The notes: generated by a model from the sequence alone, not told the origin. A DNA stretch of 64,000 nt from Schmidtea nova (GCA_044892505.1 CM097882.1:58962001-59026000); one strand, 5' to 3'. Counted from the stretch's first letter, positions 10,924 to 25,035 are shown. Translations and numbers: made by a program.

Positions 10924-12027
10924 ATGAAACGCAACGCTACATCAGATATAAATCATACAAATTGGGATAAAGAAGAAGAAAAGGAAGAAAGAGGTGAATT
11001 TGTTACAGCAAATAAGAACATTATATCTCAACGAAAATTAATTTCAGCTAGAAGAAAACCAACTTCAAATTCAACAAAAAATGTGTTTAAGTCATTTACT
11101 GGATTTTCCAGTACAGTCACTGAACCGTCTAAAAATACGTTTGGCACTATTCCTGACTCTAGCAACAGGGATAAAAACAAAGAAAAGCACATAAATTCAC
11201 TGAAATTATTGAATAAAAAATTTCTTGAATGCATTCAAAAGCATATTAGTGAAAATCCATTATGCGTCCTTACTCCTACACTGGAGGATTACAATAAAAA
11301 CGTTGATATTATAAAAGAAAAATATCCTTTATCAACCATGTCATCAAATGTTACTGAAACTGTATCAACATCATCGAGTACAAAACCAATTTTCAGTTTT
11401 CTAAAAGATGAAATTGAAACAGCTAATAAATTCGACTTTGGATTGAAAAATGTCGATGTTTCTAAACCATTCACTTTACCAACACAGTCTTCAACGGATA
11501 AAGTACCACATTTTGGATTACCTTCTACTTCGTCTGTAGATGTTAAAATCGCTTCGGTCGGATTTTCGAATAGTTCAAATAGTCTTTTCAGTTTTCCCGC
11601 TACTACAACATTGACACTTTTTGCGCCCAGCGCAGCACCTAAATGTAATGATGAAGAAGAAGAATATGTTCCTCCTGTCGCTGAAGTGCGCGAAGTTAAG
11701 GAAAAAGATTCGATTTATGAAGTTCGTTGTAAACTATTTTATCAAGTAGAGAGCAAATGGAAAAATCGTGGTGTTGGAAATTTGTTCATTAAACCTATAG
11801 AAAAAGGAAAGTTTCAACTTGTTCTTCGAGCTGATAATAGTCTTGCTACAATCATTTTAAATGTACTCATTAATGATAAGATGCCTCTAAGCGTAACAAA
11901 AAATAATCTTTCTTTTGTTGCCATGACAGACTTTTGCAAAGAAATAAAGTTGACTCCGTTGCTCATTCGTGTCAAAACTTCAGAAGAAGCAGAAGCTTTA
12001 TTGGCAGCAATGAAACAACAGTTTTAG
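10924..12027 (+). CDS. Nup50: Nup50-like protein, copy 4 (consensus protein)
   Basis: Intact 367-aa ORF. Confidence 0.95.
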   Translation: MKRNATSDINHTNWDKEEEKEERGEFVTANKNIISQRKLISARRKPTSNSTKNVFKSFTGFSSTVTEPSKNTFGTIPDSSNRDKNKEKHINSLKLLNKKFLECIQKHISENPLCVLTPTLEDYNKNVDIIKEKYPLSTMSSNVTETVSTSSSTKPIFSFLKDEIETANKFDFGLKNVDVSKPFTLPTQSSTDKVPHFGLPSTSSVDVKIASVGFSNSSNSLFSFPATTTLTLFAPSAAPKCNDEEEEYVPPVAEVREVKEKDSIYEVRCKLFYQVESKWKNRGVGNLFIKPIEKGKFQLVLRADNSLATIILNVLINDKMPLSVTKNNLSFVAMTDFCKEIKLTPLLIRVKTSEEAEALLAAMKQQF

Positions 12028-14174
12028 ATTTTAAATATTATTATTTTTAAAATTTTTTTATTTTTATTTTTAATTTTAAACTTTTAATTATTTTTATGTA
12101 CAATCATCTATTAATTTTATAATTTGAAGTTTACTTCGTTTAGTTGTTTTATATTTTTTTTTATTACAAATAATTAATTATAATAAATTAATCAAAATAC
12201 ATGATATTATATGATCCTGATTATATCAAATTTATTCTTTAAAAATTTCTTTAATATTTTTTAAAAACAGATTAGTTATTAATTTATCCAAGTTCTAAAT
12301 TCAGTTTTTTAGATCAAGATCCAAATATTATTTGGAACATGCACATTTGCATCACTATTGATTGTATTGATGTTAGAGTGTTTTGGAAAGCTATTTTCTA
12401 TTCATATTGGAATTATAATTTGCATATTAAACTTTGATAGATTATGTTTCCGTATTGTCAAAATTTAACAAGTCTTTTCTAGTCCAACAATTTCCTATAA
12501 TCACATTTTGTTATTCACAACCAATTTTTTTGAAATATATTTTAATTACATTATTGTTTAGGCAAAGACGTAGGGCGACGAAAGGATGACTTGAACTATT
12601 TATCAGACGAGACGTCACTTGCATGATTTAATTATTTTATTTTAATGGCAATTCTTGTTCAGCAATCAAAATGCCCCATCATTAGTTTTATTATAGTTTT
12701 TTAAATTTAAGAGAGAAACCTAGGAAATTGAAGGTATTATTTGACAAAAAAAGAAAAATGTAAGGTGAAGCGAGGAAATCAATTTAAAGTTAAAAGTATT
12801 AAAGTAAGATAATGACAAACATGAGAATTTAGTATTATAATTTTAAAATATTTTAGTATAATTTTTTAAATAATTTTAAATAAAAGTAATTTCTTCAATT
12901 TTTAAATAACTTTAAAAAGTTTTGGTTTTAAGTTTCTTATTTTATTTTTATTTTTTAGATATTACATAAAAAAACATTAGGCCAAATAAGAAAAGATGAT
13001 AATTTGATTGAAAGAAAAAAAACATGATCGAATAAAATACTCTAAGAATATTAAATAAACCACAGATTTTCATATAATAAAATATTTCCAGTAAATTATT
13101 ATTTTGTAATTTATTATTTTTTCTACACTTAAATTATGTTGATGTGAACAAACTAGGGAATAGTATTCCAAGTGTGGTAATGATCATGATGAAATAATAA
13201 TAATAAAAAATTAGTATTAATAATAATGATAACGTCATTCTGCAGACTTGACATTCCATATTTATTCGTGGGTTTTCTCAATATTGCTCCTGGCACGTAC
13301 ACCAAAATCTATTTTGAATCTGCGACATTTTGTGGACCTCTTAAGAAATTACAAAATGATTAAGCATAAAATATTTAACTTTAATATAAAATCGTACAGT
13401 GACATAAAGTGAAAATCAAATAATAAAATAAAATACGTTAGAGATTAAAAAATATTTAAAAATAATTTTAAAATATTATTAAATATATTATTAAAATTTA
13501 ATTATTTTTTAATAAATTTTATTAATAAAAAACTTTAAAAGATCTTTAAAAAAGTGAAAGCTTTATGTTTTCTATTTAATTTTTATATTATATATTAAAC
13601 AAACTTAACTCTGGTAAGAAAAGAAGGTAAATTAATTGAAAGAAACAAAAACATATAATCAAAGAAAAATTGATAAAGATTGTTTACTAAACGATAGATT
13701 TTCATATATTAAAAGATTTGTTATAAATCTTTGCTTTGTTTTTATTAGTTTTGCATTTAACTTATGCCGCTAAGAAGAAATCACAAAATTCTAATCCAAA
13801 TATGGAAAGAATGATGTTGATGATAATAGTGATGAAAATATAATTATAATAATAATAACAATAAAAATAAAAAATAATAAGAGTATAAACTTATTCAAAT
13901 AATAAAACTAATATTAATTTTAATAAATATTTATTCGTAAAAAATTAATTAAATATAATTGTAAAACATGTTAATTTATATTCTAAGTAATAGAATTTTT
14001 TTTTTATTTTTTTAATGTAATTTCCACAAAGTCGTAATCTTTTGAATTAACAATATTATCTTTTTTTTTAATTTTCGAATCTTTTATTGGGTAGTAATTC
14101 TTTTTTTCTTCTTATTCATAGCTATTTGATTGTTTATTTATAATTTATTTTAAAAAGCAAATTAATAATATAAA

Positions 14175-15278
14175 ATGAAACGCAACGCTACATCAGATAT
14201 AAATCATACAAATTGGGATAAAGAAGAAGAAAAGGAAGAAAGAGGTGAATTTGTTACAGCAAATAAGAACATTATATCTCAACGAAAATTAATTTCAGCT
14301 AGAAGAAAACCAACTTCAAATTCAACAAAAAATGTGTTTAAGTCATTTACTGGATTTTCCAGTACAGTCACTGAACCGTCTAAAAATACGTTTGGCACTA
14401 TTCCTGACTCTAGCAACAGGGATAAAAACAAAGAAAAGCACATAAATTCACTGAAATTATTGAATAAAAAATTTCTTGAATGCATTCAAAAGCATATTAG
14501 TGAAAATCCATTATGCGTCCTTACTCCTACACTAGAGGATTACAATAAAAACGTTGATATTATAAAAGAAAAATATCCTTTATCAACCATGTCATCAAAT
14601 GTTACTGAAACTGTATCAACATCATCGAGTACACAACCAATTTTCAGTTTTCTAAAAGATGAAATTGAAACAGCTAATAAATTCGACTTTGGATTGAAAA
14701 ATGTCGATGTTTCTAAACCATTCACTTTACCAACACAGTCTTCAACGGATAAAGTACCACATTTTGGATTACCTTCTACTTCGTCTGTAGATGATAAAAT
14801 CGCTTCGGTCGGATTTTCGAATAGTTCAAATAATCTTTTCAGTTTTCCCGCTACTACAACATTGACACTTTTTGCGCCCAGCGCAGCACCTAAATGTAAT
14901 GATGAAGAAGAAGAATATGTTCCTCCTGTCGCTGAAGTGCGCGAAGTTAAGGAAAAAGATTCGATTTATGAAGTTCGTTGTAAACTATTTTATCAAGTAG
15001 AGAGCAAATGGAAAAATCGTGGTGTTGGAAATTTGTTCATTAAACCTATAGAAAAAGGAAAGTTTCAACTTGTTCTTCGAGCTGATAATAGTCTTGCTAC
15101 AATCATTTTAAATGTACTCATTAATGATAAGATGCCTCTAAGCGTAACAAAAAATAATCTTTCTTTTGTTGCCATGACAGACTTTTGCAAAGAAATAAAG
15201 TTGACTCCGTTGCTCATTCGTGTCAAAACTTCAGAAGAAGCAGAAGCTTTATTGGCAGCAATGAAACAACAGTTTTAG
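14175..15278 (+). CDS. Nup50: Nup50-like protein, copy 5 (K154Q, V207D, S220N)
   Basis: Intact 367-aa ORF; also synonymous L120 ctg>cta. Confidence 0.95.
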   Translation: MKRNATSDINHTNWDKEEEKEERGEFVTANKNIISQRKLISARRKPTSNSTKNVFKSFTGFSSTVTEPSKNTFGTIPDSSNRDKNKEKHINSLKLLNKKFLECIQKHISENPLCVLTPTLEDYNKNVDIIKEKYPLSTMSSNVTETVSTSSSTQPIFSFLKDEIETANKFDFGLKNVDVSKPFTLPTQSSTDKVPHFGLPSTSSVDDKIASVGFSNSSNNLFSFPATTTLTLFAPSAAPKCNDEEEEYVPPVAEVREVKEKDSIYEVRCKLFYQVESKWKNRGVGNLFIKPIEKGKFQLVLRADNSLATIILNVLINDKMPLSVTKNNLSFVAMTDFCKEIKLTPLLIRVKTSEEAEALLAAMKQQF

Positions 15279-17425
15279 ATTTTAAATATTATTATTTTTA
15301 AAATTTTTTTATTTTTATTTTTAATTTTAAACTTTTAATTAATTTTATGTACAATCATCTATTAATTTTATAATTTGAAGTTTACTTCGTTTAGTTGTTT
15401 TATATTTTTTTTTATTACAAATAATTAATTATAATAAATTAATCAAAATACATGATATTATATGATCCTGATTATATAAAATTTATTCTTTAAAAATTTC
15501 TTTAATATTTTTTAAAAACAGATTAGTTATTAATTTATCCAAGTTCTAAATTCAGTTTTTTAGATCAAGATCCAAATATAATTTGGAACATGCACATTTG
15601 CATCACTATTGATTGTATTGATGTTAGAGTGTTTTGGAAAGCTATTTTCTATTCATATTGGAATTATAATTTGCATATTAAACTTTGATAGATTATGTTT
15701 CCGTATTGTCAAAATTTAACAAGTCTTTTCTAGTCCAACAACTTCCTATAATCACATTTTGTTATTCACAATTAAATTTTTTGAAATATATTTTAATTAC
15801 ATTATTGTTTAGGCAAAGACGTAGGGCGACGAAAGAATGACTTGAACTATTTATCAGACGAGACGTCACTTGCATGATTTAATTATTTTATTTTAATGGC
15901 AATTCTTGTTCAGCAATCAAAATGCCCCATCATTAGTTTTATTAGAGTTTTTTAAATTTAAGAGAGAAACCTAGGAAATTGAAGGTATTATTTGACAAAA
16001 AAAGAAAAATGTAAGTTAAAGCGAGGAAATCAATTTAAAGTTAAAAGTATTAAAGTAAGATAATGACAAACATGAGAATTTAGTATTATAATTTTAAAAT
16101 ATTTTAGTATAATTTTTTAAATAATTTTAAATAAAAGTAATTTCTTCAATTTTTAAATAACTTTAAAAAGTTTTGGTTTTAAGTTTCTTATTTTATTTTT
16201 ATTTTTTAGATATTACATAAAAAAAAATTAGGCCAAATAAGAAAAGATGATAATTTGATTGAAAGAAAAAAAACATGATCGAATAAAATACTCTAAGAAT
16301 ATTAAATAAACCACAGATTTTCATATAATAAAATATTTCCAGTAAATTATTATTTTGTAATTTATTATTTTTTCTACACTTAAATTATGTTGATGTGAAC
16401 AAACTAGGGAATAGTATTCCAAGTGTGGTAATGATCATGATGAAATAATAATAATAAAAAATTAGTATTAATAATAATGATAACGTCATTCTGCAGACTT
16501 GACATTCCATATTTATTCGTGGGTTTTCTCAATATTGCTCCTGGCACGTACACCAAAATCTATTTTGAATCTGCGACATTTTGTGGACCTCTTAAGAAAT
16601 TACAAAATGATTAAGCATAAAATATTTAACTTTAATATAAAATCGAACAGTGACATAAAGTGAAAATCAAATAATAAAATAAAATACGTTAGAGATTAAA
16701 AAATATTTAAAATTAATTTTAAAATATTTTTAAAAATATTATTAAAATTTAATTATTTTTTAATAAATTTTATTAATAAAAAACTTTAAAAGATCTTTAA
16801 AAAATTGAAAGCTTTATGATTTCTATTTAATTTTTATATTATATATTAAACAAACTTAACTCTGGTAAGAAAAGAAGGTAAATTAATTGAAAGAAACCAA
16901 AACATATAATCAAAGAAAAATTGATAAAGATTGTTTACTAAACGATAGATTTTCATATATTAAAAGATTTGTTATAAATCTTTGCTTTGTTTTTATTAGT
17001 TTTGCATTTAACTTATGCCGCTAAGAAGAAATCACAAAATTCTAATCCAAATATGGAAAGAATGATGTTGATGATAATAGTGATGAAAATATAATTATAA
17101 TAATAATAACAATAAAAATAAAAAATAATAAGAGTATAAACTTATTCAAATAATAAAACTAATATTAATTTTAATAAATATTTATTCGTAAAAAATTAAT
17201 TAAATATAATTCTAAAACATGTTAATTTATATTCTAAGTAATAGAATTTTTTTTTTATTTTTTTTATGTAATTTCCACAAAGTCGTAATCTTTTGAATTA
17301 ACAATATTATCTTTTTTTTTAATTTTCGAATCTTTTATTGGGTAGTAATTCTTTTTTTCTTCTTATTCATAGCTATTTGATTATTTATTTATAATTTATT
17401 TTAAAAAGCAAATTAATAATATAAA

Positions 17426-18529
17426 ATGAAACGCAACGCTACATCAGATATAAATCATACAAATTGGGATAAAGAAGAAGAAAAGGAAGAAAGAGGTGAA
17501 TTTGTTACAGCAAATAAGAACATTATATCTCAACGAAAATTAATTTCAGCTAGAAGAAAACCAACTTCAAATTCAACAAAAAATGTGTTTAAGTCATTTA
17601 CTGGATTTTCCAGTACAGTCACTGAACCGTCTAAAAATACGTTTGGCACTATTCCTGACTCTAGCAACAGGGATAAAAACAAAGAAAAGCACATAAATTC
17701 ACTGAAATTATTGAATAAAAAATTTCTTGAATGCATTCAAAAGCAAATTAGTGAAAATCCATTATGCGTCCTTACTCCTACACTGGAGGATTACAATAAA
17801 AACGTTGATATTATAAAAGAAAAATATCCTTTATCAACCATGTCATCAAATGTTACTGAAACTGTATCAACATCATCGAGTACAAAACCAATTTTCAGTT
17901 TTCTAAAAGATGAAATTGAAACAGCTAATAAATTCGACTTTGGATTGAAAAATGTCGATGTTTCTAAACCATTCACTTTACCAACACAGTCTTCAACGGA
18001 TAAAGTACCACATTTTGGATTACCTTCTACTTCGTCTGTAGATGTTAAAATCGCTTCGGTCGGATTTTCGAATAGTTCAAATAGTCTTTTCAGTTTTCCC
18101 GCTACTACAACATTGACACTTTTTGCGCCCAGCGCAGCACCTAAATGTAATGATGAAGAAGAAGAATATGTTCCTCCTGTCGCTGAAGTGCGCGAAGTTA
18201 AGGAAAAAGATTCGATTTATGAAGTTCGTTGTAAACTATTTTATCAAGTAGAGAGCAAATGGAAAAATCGTGGTGTTGGAAATTTGTTCATTAAACCTAT
18301 AGAAAAAGGAAAGTTTCAACTTGTTCTTCGAGCTGATAATAGTCTTGCTACAATCATTTTAAATGTACTCATTAATGATAAGATGCCTCTAAGCGTAACA
18401 AAAAATAATCTTTCTTTTGTTGCCATGACAGACTTTTGCAAAGAAATAAAGTTGACTCCGTTGCTCATTCGTGTCAAAACTTCAGAAGAAGCAGAAGCTT
18501 TATTGGCAGCAATGAAACAACAGTTTTAG
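17426..18529 (+). CDS. Nup50: Nup50-like protein, copy 6 (H107Q)
   Basis: Intact 367-aa ORF. Confidence 0.95.
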   Translation: MKRNATSDINHTNWDKEEEKEERGEFVTANKNIISQRKLISARRKPTSNSTKNVFKSFTGFSSTVTEPSKNTFGTIPDSSNRDKNKEKHINSLKLLNKKFLECIQKQISENPLCVLTPTLEDYNKNVDIIKEKYPLSTMSSNVTETVSTSSSTKPIFSFLKDEIETANKFDFGLKNVDVSKPFTLPTQSSTDKVPHFGLPSTSSVDVKIASVGFSNSSNSLFSFPATTTLTLFAPSAAPKCNDEEEEYVPPVAEVREVKEKDSIYEVRCKLFYQVESKWKNRGVGNLFIKPIEKGKFQLVLRADNSLATIILNVLINDKMPLSVTKNNLSFVAMTDFCKEIKLTPLLIRVKTSEEAEALLAAMKQQF

Positions 18530-20678
18530 ATTTTAAATATTATTATTTTTAAAATTTTTTTATTTTTATTTTTAATTTTAAACTTTTAATTAATTTTATG
18601 TACAATCATCTATTAATTTTATAATTTGAAGTTTACTTCGTTTAGTTGTTTTATATTTTTTTTTATTACAAATAATTAATTATAATAAATTAATCAAAAT
18701 ACATGATATTATATGATCCTGATTATATCAAATTTATTCTTTAAAAATTTCTTTAATAATATTTTTTAAAAACAGATTAGTTATTAATTTATCCAAGTTC
18801 TAAATTCAGTTTTTTAGATCAAGATCCAAATATAATTTGGAACATGCACATTTGCATCACTATTGATTGTATTGATGTTAGAGTGTTTTGGAAAGCTATT
18901 TTCTATTCATATTGGAATTATAATTTGCATATTAAACTTTGATAGATTATGTTTCCGTATTGTCAAAATTTAACAAGTCTTTTCTAGTCCAACAATTTCC
19001 TATAATCACATTTTGTTATTCACAACCAAATTTTTTGAAATATATTTTAATTACATTATTGTTTAGGCAAAGACGTAGGGCGACGAAAGAATGACTTGAA
19101 CTATTTATCAGACGAGACGTCACTTGCATGATTTAATTATTTTATTTTAATGGCAATTCTTGTTCAGCAATCAAAATGCCCCATCATTAGTTTTATTATA
19201 GTTTTTTAAATTTAAGAGAGAAACCTAGGAAATTGAAGGTATTATTTGACAAAAAAAGAAAAATGTAAGTTAAAGCGAGGAAATCAATTTAAAGTTAAAA
19301 GTATTAAAGTAAGATAATGACAAACATGAGAATTTAGTATTATAATTTTAAAATATTTTAGTATAATTTTTTAAATAATTTTAAATAAAAGTAATTTCTT
19401 CAATTTTTAAATAACTTTAAAAAGTTTTGGTTTTAAGTTTCTTATTTTATTTTTATTTTTTAGATATTACATAAAAGAACATTAGGCCAAATAAGAAAAG
19501 ATGATAATTTGATTGAAATAAAAAAAACATGATCGAATAAAATACTCTAAGAATATTAAATAAACCACAGATTTTCATATAATAAAATATTTCCAGTAAA
19601 TTATTATTTTGTAATTTATTATTTTTTCTACACTTAAATTATGTTGATGTGAACAAACTAGGGAATAGTATTCCAAGTGTGGTAATGATCATGATGAAAT
19701 AATAATAATAAAAAATTAGTATTAATAATAATGATAACGTCATTCTGCAGACTTGACATTCCATATTTATTCGTGGGTTTTCTCAATATTGCTCCTGGCA
19801 CGTACACCAAAATCTATTTTGAATCTGCGACATTTTGTGGACCTCTTAAGAAATTACAAAATGATTAAGCATAAAATATTTAACTTTAATATAAAATCGA
19901 ACAGTGACATAAAGTGAAAATCAAATAATAAAATAAAATACGTTAGAGATTAAAAAATATTTAAAAATAATTTAAAAATATTATTAAATATATTATTAAA
20001 ATTTAATTATTTTTTAATAAATTTTATTAATAAAAAACTTTAAAAGATCTTTAAAAAAGTGAAAGCTTTATGTTTTCTATTTAATTTTTATATTATATAT
20101 TAAACAAACTTAACTCTGGTAAGAAAAGAAGGTAAATTAATTGAAAGAAACCAAAACATATAATCAAAGAAAAATTGATAAAGATTGTTTACTAAACGAT
20201 AGATTTTCATATATTAAAAGATTTGTTATAAATCTTTGCTTTGTTTTTATTAGTTTTGCATTTAACTTATGCCGCTAAGAAGAAATCACAAAATTCTAAT
20301 CCAAATATGGAAAGAATGATGTTGATGATAATAGTGATGAAAATATAATTATAATAATAATAACAATAAAAATAAAAAATAATAAGAGTATAAACTTATT
20401 CAAATAATAAAACTAATATTAATTTTAATAAATATTTATTCGTTAAAAATTAATTAAATATAATTCTAAAACATGTTAATTTATATTCTAAGTAATAGAA
20501 TTTTTTTTTTATTTTTTTATGTAATTTCCACAAAGTCGTAATCTTTTGAATTAACAATATTATCTTTTTTTTTAATTTTCGAATCTTTTATTGGGTAGTA
20601 ATTCTTTTTTTCTTCTTATTCATAGCTATTTGATTGTTTATTTATAATTTATTTTAAAAAGCAAATTAATAATATAAA

Positions 20679-21782
20679 ATGAAACGCAACGCTACATCAG
20701 ATATAAATCATACAAATTGGGATAAAGAAGAAGAAAAGGAAGAAAGAGGTGAATTTGTTACAGCAAATAAGAACATTATATCTCAACGAAAATTAATTTC
20801 AGCTAGAAGAAAACCAACTTCAAATTCAACAAAAAATGTGTTTAAGTCATTTACTGGATTTTCCAGTACAGTCACTGAACCGTCTAAAAATACGTTTGGC
20901 ACTATTCCTGACTCTAGCAACAGGGATAAAAACAAAGAAAAGCACATAAATTCACTGAAATTATTGAATAAAAAATTTCTTGAATGCATTCAAAAGCATA
21001 TTAGTGAAAATCCATTATGCGTCCTTACTCCTACACTGGAGGATTACAATAAAAACGTTGATATTATAAAAGAAAAATATCCTTTATCAACCATGTCATC
21101 AAATGTTACTGAAACTGTATCAACATCATCGAGTACAAAACCAATTTTCAGTTTTCTAAAAGATGAAATTGAAACAGCTAATAAATTCGACTTTGGATTG
21201 AAAAATGTCGATGTTTCTAAACCATTCACTTTACCAACACAGTCTTCAACGGATAAAGTACCACATTTTGGATTACCTTCTACTTCGTCTGTAGATGTTA
21301 AAATCGCTTCGGTCGGATTTTCGAATAGTTCAAATAGTCTTTTCAGTTTTCCCGCTACTACAACATTGACACTTTTTGCGCCCAGCGCAGCACCTAAATG
21401 TAATGATGAAGAAGAAGAATATGTTCCTCCTGTCGCTGAAGTGCGCGAAGTTAAGGAAAAAGATTCGATTTATGAAGTTCGTTGTAAACTATTTTATCAA
21501 GTAGAGAGCAAATGGAAAAATCGTGGTGTTGGAAATTTGTTTATTAAACCTATAGAAAAAGGAAAGTTTCAACTTGTTCTTCGAGCTGATAATAGTCTTG
21601 CTACAATCATTTTAAATGTACTCATTAATGATAAGATGCCTCTAAGCGTAACAAAAAATAATCTTTCTTTTGTTGCCATGACAGACTTTTGCAAAGAAAT
21701 AAAGTTGACTCTGTTGCTCATTCGTGTCAAAACTTCAGAAGAAGCAGAAGCTTTATTGGCAGCAATGAAACAACAGTTTTAG
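20679..21782 (+). CDS. Nup50: Nup50-like protein, copy 7 (P345L)
   Basis: Intact 367-aa ORF; also synonymous F288 ttc>ttt. Confidence 0.95.
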   Translation: MKRNATSDINHTNWDKEEEKEERGEFVTANKNIISQRKLISARRKPTSNSTKNVFKSFTGFSSTVTEPSKNTFGTIPDSSNRDKNKEKHINSLKLLNKKFLECIQKHISENPLCVLTPTLEDYNKNVDIIKEKYPLSTMSSNVTETVSTSSSTKPIFSFLKDEIETANKFDFGLKNVDVSKPFTLPTQSSTDKVPHFGLPSTSSVDVKIASVGFSNSSNSLFSFPATTTLTLFAPSAAPKCNDEEEEYVPPVAEVREVKEKDSIYEVRCKLFYQVESKWKNRGVGNLFIKPIEKGKFQLVLRADNSLATIILNVLINDKMPLSVTKNNLSFVAMTDFCKEIKLTLLLIRVKTSEEAEALLAAMKQQF

Positions 21783-23931
21783 ATTTTAAATATTATTATT
21801 TTTAAAATTTTTTTATTTTTATTTTTAATTTTAAACTTTTAATTAATTTTATGTACAATCATCTATTAATTTTATAATTTGAAGTTTAGTTCGTTTTGTT
21901 GTTTTATATTTTTTTTTATTACAAATAATTAATTATAATAAATTAATCAAAATACATGATATTATATGATCCTGATTATATCAAATTTATTCTTTAAAAA
22001 TTTCTTTAATAATATTTTTTAAAAACAGATTAGTTATTAATTTATCCAAGTTCTAAATTCAGTTTTTTAGATCAAGATCCAAATATAATTTGGAACATGC
22101 ACATTTGCATCACTATTGATTGTATTGATGTTAGAGTGTTTTGGAAAGCTATTTTCTGTTCATATTGGAATTATAATTTGCATATTAAACTTTGATAGAT
22201 TATGTTTCCGTATTGTCAAAATTTTACAAGTCTTTTCTAGTCCAACAATTTCCTATAATCACATTTTGTTATTCACAACCAAATTTTTTGAAATATATTT
22301 TAATTACATTATTGTTTAGGCAAAGACGTAGGGCGACGAAAGCATGACTTGAACTATTTATCAGACGAGACGTCACTTGCATGATTTAATTATTTTATTT
22401 TAATGGCAATTCTTGTTCAGCAAGCAAAATGCCCCATCATTAGTTTTATTATAGTTTTTTAAATTTAAGAGAGAAACCTAAGAAATTTAAGGTATTATTT
22501 GACAAAAAAAGAAAAATGTAAGTTAAAGCGAGGAAATCAATTTAAAGTTAAAAGTATTAAAGTAAGATAATGACAAACATGAGAATTTAGTATTATAATT
22601 TTAAAATATTTTAGTATAATTTTTTAAATAATTTTAAATAAAAGTAATTTCTTCAATTTTTAAATAACTTTAAAAAGTTTTGGTTTTAAGTTTCTTATTT
22701 TATTTTTATTTTTTAGATATTACATAAAAAAAAATTAGGCCAAATAAGAAAAGATGATAATTTGATTGAAAGAAAAAAAACATGATCGACTAAAATACTC
22801 TAAGAATATTAAATAAACCACAGATTTTCATATAATAAAATATTTCCAGTAAATTATTATTTTGTAATTTATTATTGTTTCTACACTTAAATTATGTTGA
22901 TGTGAACAAACTAGGGAATAGTATTCCAAGTGTGGTAATGATCATGATGAAATAATAATAATAAAAAATTAGTATTAATAATAATGATAACGTCATTCTG
23001 CAGACTTGACATTCCATATTTATTCGTGGGGTTTCTCAATATTGCTCCTGGCACGTACACCAAAATCTATTTTGAATCTGCGACATTTTGTGGACCTCTT
23101 AAGAAATTACAAAATGATTAAGCATAAAATATTTAACTTTAATATAAAATCGAACAGTGACATAAAGTGAAAATCAAATAATAAAATAAAATACGTTAGA
23201 GATTAAAAAATATTTAAAAATAATTTAAAAATATTATTAAATATATTATTAAAATTTAATTATTTTTTAATAAATTTTATTAATAAAAAACTTTAAAAGA
23301 TCTTTAAAAAAGTGAAAGCTTTATGTTTTCTATTTAATTTTTATATTATATATTAAACAAACTTAACTCTGGTAAGAAAAGAAGGTAAATTAATTGAAAG
23401 AAACCAAAACATATAATCAAAGAAAAATTGATAAAGATTGTTTACTAAACGATAGATTTTCATATATTAAAAGATTTGTTATAAATCTTTGCTTTGTTTT
23501 TATTAGTTTTGCATTTAACTTATGCCGCTAAGAAGAAATCACAAAATTCTAATCCAAATATGGAAAGAATGATGTTGATGATAATAGTGATGAAAATATA
23601 ATTATAATAATAATAACAATAAAAATAAAAAATAATAAGAGTATAAACTTATTCAAATAATAAAACTAATATTAATTTTAATAAATATTTATTCGTTAAA
23701 AATTAATTAAATATAATTCTAAAACATGTTAATTTATATTCTAAGTAATAGAATTTTTTTTTTATTTTTTTATGTAATTTCCACAAAGTCGTAATCTTTT
23801 GAATTAACAATATTATCTTTTTTTTTAATTTTCGAATCTTTTATTGGGTAGTAATTCTTTTTTTCTTCTTATTCATAGCTATTTGATTGTTTATTTATAA
23901 TTTATTTTAAAAAGCAAATTAATAATATAAA

Positions 23932-25035
23932 ATGAAACGCAACGCTACATCAGATATAAATCATACAAATTGGGATAAAGAAGAAGAAAAGGAAGAAAGA
24001 GGTGAATTTGTTACAGCAAATAAGAACATTATATCTCAACGAAAATTAATTTCAGCTAGAAGAAAACCAACTTCAAATTCAACAAAAAATGTGTTTAAGT
24101 CATTTACTGGATTTTCCAGTACAGTCACTGAACCGTCTAAAAATACGTTTGGCACTATTCCTGACTCTAGCAACAGGGATAAAAACAAAGAAAAGCACAT
24201 AAATTCACTGAAATTATTGAATAAAAAATTTCTTGAATGCATTCAAAAGCATATTAGTGAAAATCCATTATGCGTCCTTACTCCTACACTGGAGGATTAC
24301 AATAAAAACGTTGATATTATAAAAGAAAAATATCCTTTATCAACCATGTCATCAAATGTTACTGAAACTGTATCAACATCATCGAGTACAAAACCAATTT
24401 TCAGTTTTCTAAAAGATGAAATTGAAACAGCTAATAAATTCGACTTTGGATTGAAAAATGTCGATGTTTCTAAACCATTCACTTTACCAACACAGTCTTC
24501 AACGGATAAAGTACCACATTTTGGATTACCTTCTACTTCGTCTGTAGATGTTAAAATCGCTTCGGTCGGATTTTCGAATAGTTCAAATAGTCTTTTCAGT
24601 TTTCCCGCTACTACAACATTGACACTTTTTGCGCCCAGCGCAGCACCTAAATGTAATGATGAAGAAGAAGAATATGTTCCTCCTGTCGCTGAAGTGCGCG
24701 AAGTTAAGGAAAAAGATTCGATTTATGAAGTTCGTTGTAAACTATTTTATCAAGTAGAGAGCAAATGGAAAAATCGTGGTGTTGGAAATTTGTTTATTAA
24801 ACCTATAGAAAAAGGAAAGTTTCAACTTGTTCTTCGAGCTGATAATAGTCTTGCTACAATCATTTTAAATGTACTCATTAATGATAAGATGCCTCTAAGC
24901 GTAACAAAAAATAATCTTTCTTTTGTTGCCATGACAGACTTTTGCAAAGAAATAAAGTTGACTCTGTTGCTCATTCGTGTCAAAACTTCAGAAGAAGCAG
25001 AAGCTTTATTGGCAGCAATGAAACAACAGTTTTAG
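23932..25035 (+). CDS. Nup50: Nup50-like protein, copy 8 (P345L)
   Basis: Intact 367-aa ORF; same variants as copy 7. Confidence 0.95.
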   Translation: MKRNATSDINHTNWDKEEEKEERGEFVTANKNIISQRKLISARRKPTSNSTKNVFKSFTGFSSTVTEPSKNTFGTIPDSSNRDKNKEKHINSLKLLNKKFLECIQKHISENPLCVLTPTLEDYNKNVDIIKEKYPLSTMSSNVTETVSTSSSTKPIFSFLKDEIETANKFDFGLKNVDVSKPFTLPTQSSTDKVPHFGLPSTSSVDVKIASVGFSNSSNSLFSFPATTTLTLFAPSAAPKCNDEEEEYVPPVAEVREVKEKDSIYEVRCKLFYQVESKWKNRGVGNLFIKPIEKGKFQLVLRADNSLATIILNVLINDKMPLSVTKNNLSFVAMTDFCKEIKLTLLLIRVKTSEEAEALLAAMKQQF

